Shown here one piece after another: positions 7,434 through 12,095 of a DNA stretch of 12,095 bases. Both the position numbers and the translations under genes were made by a program. Numbering within the stretch: the first letter of the stretch is position 1; every line of letters begins with the position of its first letter. A model generated the notes under the pieces. The model saw nothing but the letters and a program-made list of their open reading frames with translations, searched no databases and was not told the DNA's origin. Origin of the DNA: Candidatus Scalinduaceae bacterium (GTDB lineage Bacteria > Planctomycetota > Brocadiia > Brocadiales > Scalinduaceae); the NCBI GenBank assembly GCA_046759445.1, contig JBHICG010000091.1, positions 1 to 12,095 on the forward strand, in the 5' to 3' direction.

Positions 7434-8636
7434 ATGATAACTGAGGAGGTAATAACGTCGAAACCAAACACATGCCCGGTATGCAGTTCACAGGACGTTT
7501 ACATATTTATTGAGATGCTTCAGGTGCCTGTCCATTGTAACGTACTCTGGCTAACGCGTGAGGAAGCCCTTCGTGCTCCCAGGGCCGATCTGCGGCTTGG
7601 GTTTTGTAAAGTATGTGGGCACGTGTACAACTTTGCCTTCAATCCTGATGATATGGAATATACCCAGGATTATGAAAACTCTTTGCACTTCTCTCCACGC
7701 TTCCAGGAATATGTCAAATCACTGGCTACCCGTTTAATTGATCAACATGATTTGCATAACAAAGACATCATCGAAATCGGCTGTGGAAAAGGTGAATTTT
7801 TGACTATGCTATGCGAGTTTGGAGGAAATCGTGGAGTCGGGTTTGATTCAAGTTATGAGGATGAGCGAACTGGCAATAAGTCTACAAAAAATATAAATTT
7901 CATCCGTGATTTCTATTCGGAACGTTATGCTGGTTATAAAGCGGATGCTATCTGTTGTAGACATGTTTTAGAACACATCAAATCTCCTTTTGATTTTTTG
8001 ACAGACCTTCGTAATGTAATAGGCGATCGACTGGATACAAAAATATTTTTTGAAGTTCCTAACTTCATGTTCACATTGAATGATCTTGGTATATGGGACT
8101 TGATCTATGAGCATTGCTCCTACTTCAGTGTATGTTCGCTTGCACAAGTATTTCATTCATGTAGATTCAAGGTTGTCAACTTAACCGAAGCATTCGAAGG
8201 TCAGTTCCTCTGGATTGAGGCTTTACCAGTTGGAGATTTAGCATATTCCAAACGAGAATATCGAGATTATTACAAAAAAATGGCCTATGATGTAACTGTA
8301 TTTGCTGAGAGATATCGAGACAAGGTCGACGCCTGGCACTCTGAGATCAAAAAGATTGTGAATAAGGGAGATCGTGCGGTTATCTGGGGTAGTGGTTCTA
8401 AGGGCATTACTTTCCTGAATAAAATCAATACTCAAGGCCAGATTGAGTATGTAGTAGATATCAATCCGCATAAACACGGGAAGTATGTGTCAGGAACGGG
8501 ACAGAAAATTGTGCCACCTGAATTTCTTCGCAAATATCAGCCTGATATAATTATAGTGATGAATCCTATATATCTTGATGAGATTCGGCAAATCACTGAA
8601 AGTATGAATATCACTGCTAAATTCGTAAAGACTTAA
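7434..8636 (+). CDS. Class I SAM-dependent methyltransferase, paralog of 6231..7412
   Basis: 400 aa. CPVC...CKVC, IEIGCGKG, VLEHI, FEVPN, DLIYEHCSYFS, WGSGSKG, VVDINP. Colinear with the upstream gene over its whole length; exact start uncertain. Confidence 0.88.
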   Translation: MITEEVITSKPNTCPVCSSQDVYIFIEMLQVPVHCNVLWLTREEALRAPRADLRLGFCKVCGHVYNFAFNPDDMEYTQDYENSLHFSPRFQEYVKSLATRLIDQHDLHNKDIIEIGCGKGEFLTMLCEFGGNRGVGFDSSYEDERTGNKSTKNINFIRDFYSERYAGYKADAICCRHVLEHIKSPFDFLTDLRNVIGDRLDTKIFFEVPNFMFTLNDLGIWDLIYEHCSYFSVCSLAQVFHSCRFKVVNLTEAFEGQFLWIEALPVGDLAYSKREYRDYYKKMAYDVTVFAERYRDKVDAWHSEIKKIVNKGDRAVIWGSGSKGITFLNKINTQGQIEYVVDINPHKHGKYVSGTGQKIVPPEFLRKYQPDIIIVMNPIYLDEIRQITESMNITAKFVKT

Positions 8637-8658
8637 TAAGGCCTAGCATATTGGTAAG

Positions 8659-8686
8659 TTGTGCCGTTTTTAAAATTAATTATGAT
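8659..8686 (+). promoter_or_regulatory. Candidate sigma70 promoter
   Basis: TTGTGC-16 nt-TATGAT upstream of the radical SAM gene, with an SD-like AGGGG at 8743-8747. Confidence 0.25.
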
Positions 8687-8753
8687 ATACAAAAGATGTT
8701 TGTGAAAAAACTATTTTTGGACAAGATTGAAATTTAATTAATAGGGGATATTT

Positions 8754-10415
8754 ATGAAACCTAATATACTATTTGTTAGTTTACCGAATGTGCCTATAGA
8801 AACTATATCTGAAAATTTATCCGCTAATGAATTTGTTACAATAAAAAACTATATCCCTTTAGGTATACTTTATATATCTTCATATTTAAAAGAAAACAAC
8901 GAACTTGGAAGGGTTGGAATTGTTGATTATGTCGCAAATTTTGAAGAATTAAAGGGCTGTAAGAATGTAAACGATTTTATTGTAAAGGTTGCATTGAAAG
9001 AAGTGGATTTCACTCCGGACATTATTATGTTTTCTCTTATGTTTTCAGTTTCTCATATCTTTTGTATGCGGGTAGTTGAATCGTTGAGAGATCTTTGGGC
9101 TTCATCAACAATTGTAATAGGTGGCGTCCATGCCACAAATTGCACAGAACAACTACTGCAAAGTAAACGTATTAACTATGTAGTGAGGGGAGAAGGAGAA
9201 AAAGCGCTTTCTGATTTTATCAAGCAGTTTTCACACGCTCAAACAATCAATGTAAAAGGAATTTATTCTCAGAAAGAACTGAATTCTGACGGGGCATATG
9301 ATATATGTGAGTATATTTATGATCTGGACTCAATCCCATTTCCTGATTGGGATTTGATAGCAATGAACCTATATACACAAACAAGATATGTAACAGTTCA
9401 AGGAAGTGAAAAAGACAACGGTAACGTAAGAAGTGCAGTAATTCAGACGACTAGGGGTTGTCCTGGTAAGTGTACATTTTGTTCTCAGCATACTGTACAC
9501 GGTAGGAGTATGAGATATAGAACTGCGGACAATGTAATTGAAGAGATGAAATTATTGCATGAACGTTTTAATGTAACAACGTTTGTACCGAATGATGATA
9601 TGTTTATAAGCAAAAGGACAAGAGATCTTGATTTGCTTGAACGTATAAAGAAGTTAAACATTCCTAATCGTGAGTTACAATTTCCAAATGGTTTACATAT
9701 TAATAGTCTTAGCCCACAGGTAATGGATGCCATGATGGACACAGGTGCTAAGGTTGTCAATTTAGCGATTGAGTCAGGTTCTGAGTATGTTCAAAAAAAT
9801 GTGATTAAGAAACGTGTTAATCTTAAAAAGGCACGTGAAGTTGTAAGCTATCTTCGAGACCGTGGGATATATGTACGATGCTTTTTTATTATTGGATTCC
9901 CTGGGGAGACAAAGGAACAAATGCTTGAAACAATCGAATATGCAAAATCGTTAAATGCAGACTGGTGTGATTTTTTTCTTGCAACACCCTTAATAGGTAC
10001 AGAAATTTATGATCAGTTTGTAGAAATGGGATACATAAAAAAGGATAAGCCTGCGTGGTCAAGGGCTCATTTCTTTGGAAGAACCTTTGATACAAAGGAA
10101 ATTTCCGCTGCAGAGATTACAGAACTTGCCTATAGAGCAAACTTGGAATGTAATTTCATCAATAATCCCAATAAGAGAAGTGGAAACTATGAGAGGGCAA
10201 TTTCATTGTTTGAAAGCATATTAGCCAGGTATCCATTTCATGTGGTAGCATGGTATTCTATGATGGAGTGTTTTCAAGCACTTAGAAATATGGAAAAAGT
10301 TGAGGCAATCAAACAAGAAATTAAAGAATTAATACGCACAAATCCTCTAGCAAGTGATATGTATAATAAATATAAAGATCTTATGGTGAAATCCGAAAAA
10401 TCACCAATAGTATGA
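8754..10415 (+). CDS. Cobalamin-dependent (class B) radical SAM protein, probable methyltransferase, with TPR-like C-terminus
   Basis: 553 aa. B12-binding domain motifs PLGILYISSYL, IVIGGVHAT, GEGE; [4Fe-4S] motif TRGCPGKCTFC; IESGS; FIIGFPGET; helical C-terminal segment YERAISLFESILARYPFH. Confidence 0.9.
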   Translation: MKPNILFVSLPNVPIETISENLSANEFVTIKNYIPLGILYISSYLKENNELGRVGIVDYVANFEELKGCKNVNDFIVKVALKEVDFTPDIIMFSLMFSVSHIFCMRVVESLRDLWASSTIVIGGVHATNCTEQLLQSKRINYVVRGEGEKALSDFIKQFSHAQTINVKGIYSQKELNSDGAYDICEYIYDLDSIPFPDWDLIAMNLYTQTRYVTVQGSEKDNGNVRSAVIQTTRGCPGKCTFCSQHTVHGRSMRYRTADNVIEEMKLLHERFNVTTFVPNDDMFISKRTRDLDLLERIKKLNIPNRELQFPNGLHINSLSPQVMDAMMDTGAKVVNLAIESGSEYVQKNVIKKRVNLKKAREVVSYLRDRGIYVRCFFIIGFPGETKEQMLETIEYAKSLNADWCDFFLATPLIGTEIYDQFVEMGYIKKDKPAWSRAHFFGRTFDTKEISAAEITELAYRANLECNFINNPNKRSGNYERAISLFESILARYPFHVVAWYSMMECFQALRNMEKVEAIKQEIKELIRTNPLASDMYNKYKDLMVKSEKSPIV

Positions 10416-10515
10416 ATATTACTGCTAAACTTGTAACGGTTTAATTATATCTTTTGTCATTTCAACCACGTTGATAAATAATATCATATATGAGTATTGG
10501 ATTGAAGAAAAGTTG

Positions 10516-11419
10516 TTAGACTAAGGAAGAACTTATGAACATACTTGGAAGATATTATCAAATTCAGGCTTCGAAAGGAATTAACCGAATCTTGTCTACA
10601 CTTCTTTTGCCGATTAAGGCGCAAAATCAGTGGCGGTTACATCTCGCGAAGAAGCAAAAACGTGTCAACGTGATTAACGGCATCGGTCTTTACCAACGTC
10701 CATTATTAGCCTCATATTCTAGAAGTGGGACGAACTGGATTCGCTACATTGTTGAATACATTTCAGGCTGCCCAACACCTGGTCAAAAACGACTAATTAG
10801 CGGTAATAATTATTATATCGATAGGGCTCACCGTGCTTATCCTGTAATGAAATTCTACAAGAAGGTTGTGCTGATAATAAGAGACTACAGAGAATGTATT
10901 TTGCGCCATCACAAGGACATTTGGTCGGATTATCCTAATGTTGTTGCGTTGCTCACTGACGCAGAACTCGAACAGCCAACAAGTTGGTATATAAAAAATA
11001 TCGAAGCGTTTGATGCCTTTCAAGGAGAGAAGCTTCTTATTTACTATGAAGAATTACTTGAAAAGCCGGAGGAAACAATTATGGAGCTCTCTGCATTTCT
11101 AGGTTTAGATCAGAAAAAAACAAAATTATTTCTTGAAGACATTGATGTTCATTTTCAATATTCAGTTAATGTTTACACCAGAGAAGGGCATTGTTCTGAG
11201 ACTTCGTCAACAAAAGACGTAAGGTTTCATGCTGAGACCAAATTGACACCTGACCAAGTTAAGGAATTTGATGAATTCTATTTCTCACGATACCCAGACC
11301 TCTCAAATAAGTATCTACTTCGCTATAATACTCGAAATCAACAGCCCTGAAAAGGCAAACAAGGCGCTGCGCCTGACCCCTATTCCGCTACGCTTCATAG
11401 CGGCAGGTGAGCTTAAATG
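10516..11419 (+). mobile_element. Integron-type gene cassette (sulfotransferase ORF plus attC) outside any visible integron
   Basis: Core site G|TTAGAC (GTTRRRY) at 10515-10521 just upstream of the ATG, a single ORF with minimal flanks, and an attC starting 3 nt after the stop codon. 904 bp. Confidence 0.7.
10535..11350 (+). CDS. PAPS-dependent sulfotransferase (Sulfotransfer_1-like)
   Basis: 271 aa. 5'-PSB LLASYSRSGTNWIRY, 3'-PB VLIIRDYRECI, IYYEELL..PEETI..L..FLG; SD AAGGA at 10523-10527. Confidence 0.85.
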   Translation: MNILGRYYQIQASKGINRILSTLLLPIKAQNQWRLHLAKKQKRVNVINGIGLYQRPLLASYSRSGTNWIRYIVEYISGCPTPGQKRLISGNNYYIDRAHRAYPVMKFYKKVVLIIRDYRECILRHHKDIWSDYPNVVALLTDAELEQPTSWYIKNIEAFDAFQGEKLLIYYEELLEKPEETIMELSAFLGLDQKKTKLFLEDIDVHFQYSVNVYTREGHCSETSSTKDVRFHAETKLTPDQVKEFDEFYFSRYPDLSNKYLLRYNTRNQQP

Positions 11420-11425
11420 ATAACT
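11354..11425 (+). other. attC recombination site with a non-canonical R' end
   Basis: R'' GGCAAAC, 5-nt spacer, arm GCT[G]CGCCTG[A]CCCCTAT, 13-nt central loop, arm ATAGCGGCAGGTGAGC, 6-nt spacer, then G|ATAACT at the R' position. The arms are complementary at 14/16 once the two extrahelical bases (11369, 11376) are bulged out. Confidence 0.8.
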
Positions 11426-12095
11426 GAATCAAACACTACAAACTCATATATACCATCACGTAATGGTCTGATTTACATATGGGCTAGCGCATTGATAACG
11501 TCAGCCTCTCTATTATTTTTGTAGCGACACTCTGTCCTTATGATTTTTTATTTAAGGAAAAAGCTGACAAGTTAGAGTACTACTCCCTCTTCTTTGGCTG
11601 GGGGAAGATCAAGTATAACTGACATTCCCAAAAATATTTTACTGTTTTTACCCTTAGATTTCAGCCTCTCTTTCCTTATGCAGAAGAGAAGGCTGGTAGT
11701 CCTCGGAACAATCCTTCTGACCAGTTTTGGATTATCTTATACTATTGAAGTTTTGCAAGATTTCCAGCTATCAAGATAAAGTGGAAAATATTCCTGATTT
11801 GATTTGGAATGGAGAACCTCAAAACTCTTAACGAGACGAAGGTGTATTTCTGGATAAAAATCATTGGCTTGAAACGTCAACTCCTGCGGCATTTTTGTCA
11901 GAACGGATAGCTACAACCTCTCAGTTTACAATGGACATAAAACTGTCTACTGATGAAACGAAACAAAGTGGACTCGCTCGTATTATTTCGCTCTCAGAAG
12001 ATCCATATAAACGCAATTTTACCATTTGGCAAATAGGTCGTAACTCATTGATAGGTAAGCCACTGGTTTTACCAGTGAGACTATCAAAGGTTTTA
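11417..12095 (+). pseudogene. VanZ-like membrane domain plus LamG/concanavalin-like domain fusion, disrupted and running off the window
   Basis: Pieces in different frames: MITESN...IYIWASALI; VSLSIIFVATLCPYDF...FFGWG; RSSITDIPKNILLFLPLDFSL...SFGLSYTIEVLQ (VanZ N.LLF.PL and IE..Q motifs); DKVENIPDLIWNGEPQNS*RDEGVFLDKNHWLET...QSGLARIISLSEDPYKRNFTI. Frameshifts near 11500, 11600 and 11775; in-frame TAA at 11829-11831. Confidence 0.75.

Noticed and set aside
10432..10521. Second, upstream attC (TAAC at 10435 to GTTA at 10515, weak TTCAACCA/TGGATTGAA pairing)
   Set aside because: Pairing is poor and AT-rich, with no correct box spacing or extrahelical bases. The left flank is better explained as genomic target DNA.
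3303..11023. Minus-strand ORFs 3303-3512, 5887-6114, 7244-7471, 7968-8156, 8238-8477, 9485-9760, 9889-10095 and 10793-11023
   Set aside because: Short, antisense to well-supported genes, and without recognisable motifs; treated as shadow ORFs.
11366..11412. Rho-independent terminator after the second sulfotransferase
   Set aside because: No U-tract; the bulged stem and AAC box spacing fit an attC site better.
11594..11779. Stand-alone 61-aa protein from the ORF track
   Set aside because: It is one frame segment of the larger VanZ/LamG pseudogene.

Overview
AT-rich bacterial surface-polysaccharide locus with every supportable gene on the + strand. Order: NDP-sugar C-methyltransferase (TcaB9/NovU-type), ABC exporter wzm, wzt (with a C-terminal carbohydrate-binding extension), a truncated HAD hydrolase, a PAPS sulfotransferase, two paralogous divergent C-methyltransferase-like genes, a cobalamin-dependent radical SAM enzyme, a second sulfotransferase, and a VanZ/LamG-like pseudogene running off the right end. 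No glycosyltransferase or PAPS-synthesis gene is in the window. Three structures are missing from the ORF track. (1) The 531-bp wzm-wzt spacer holds nested remnants of two four-helix-bundle genes, each bracketed by its own inverted 7-nt-periodic repeats, with a 16-nt palindrome inserted in one repeat. (2) The second sulfotransferase looks like an integron cassette (G|TTAGAC upstream, attC downstream) integrated at a G|AT genomic site in the start codon of the next gene. (3) A deletion scar joins the HAD gene to the 3' end of a lost methyltransferase paralog. Family assignments come from motif recognition only; no searches were run.
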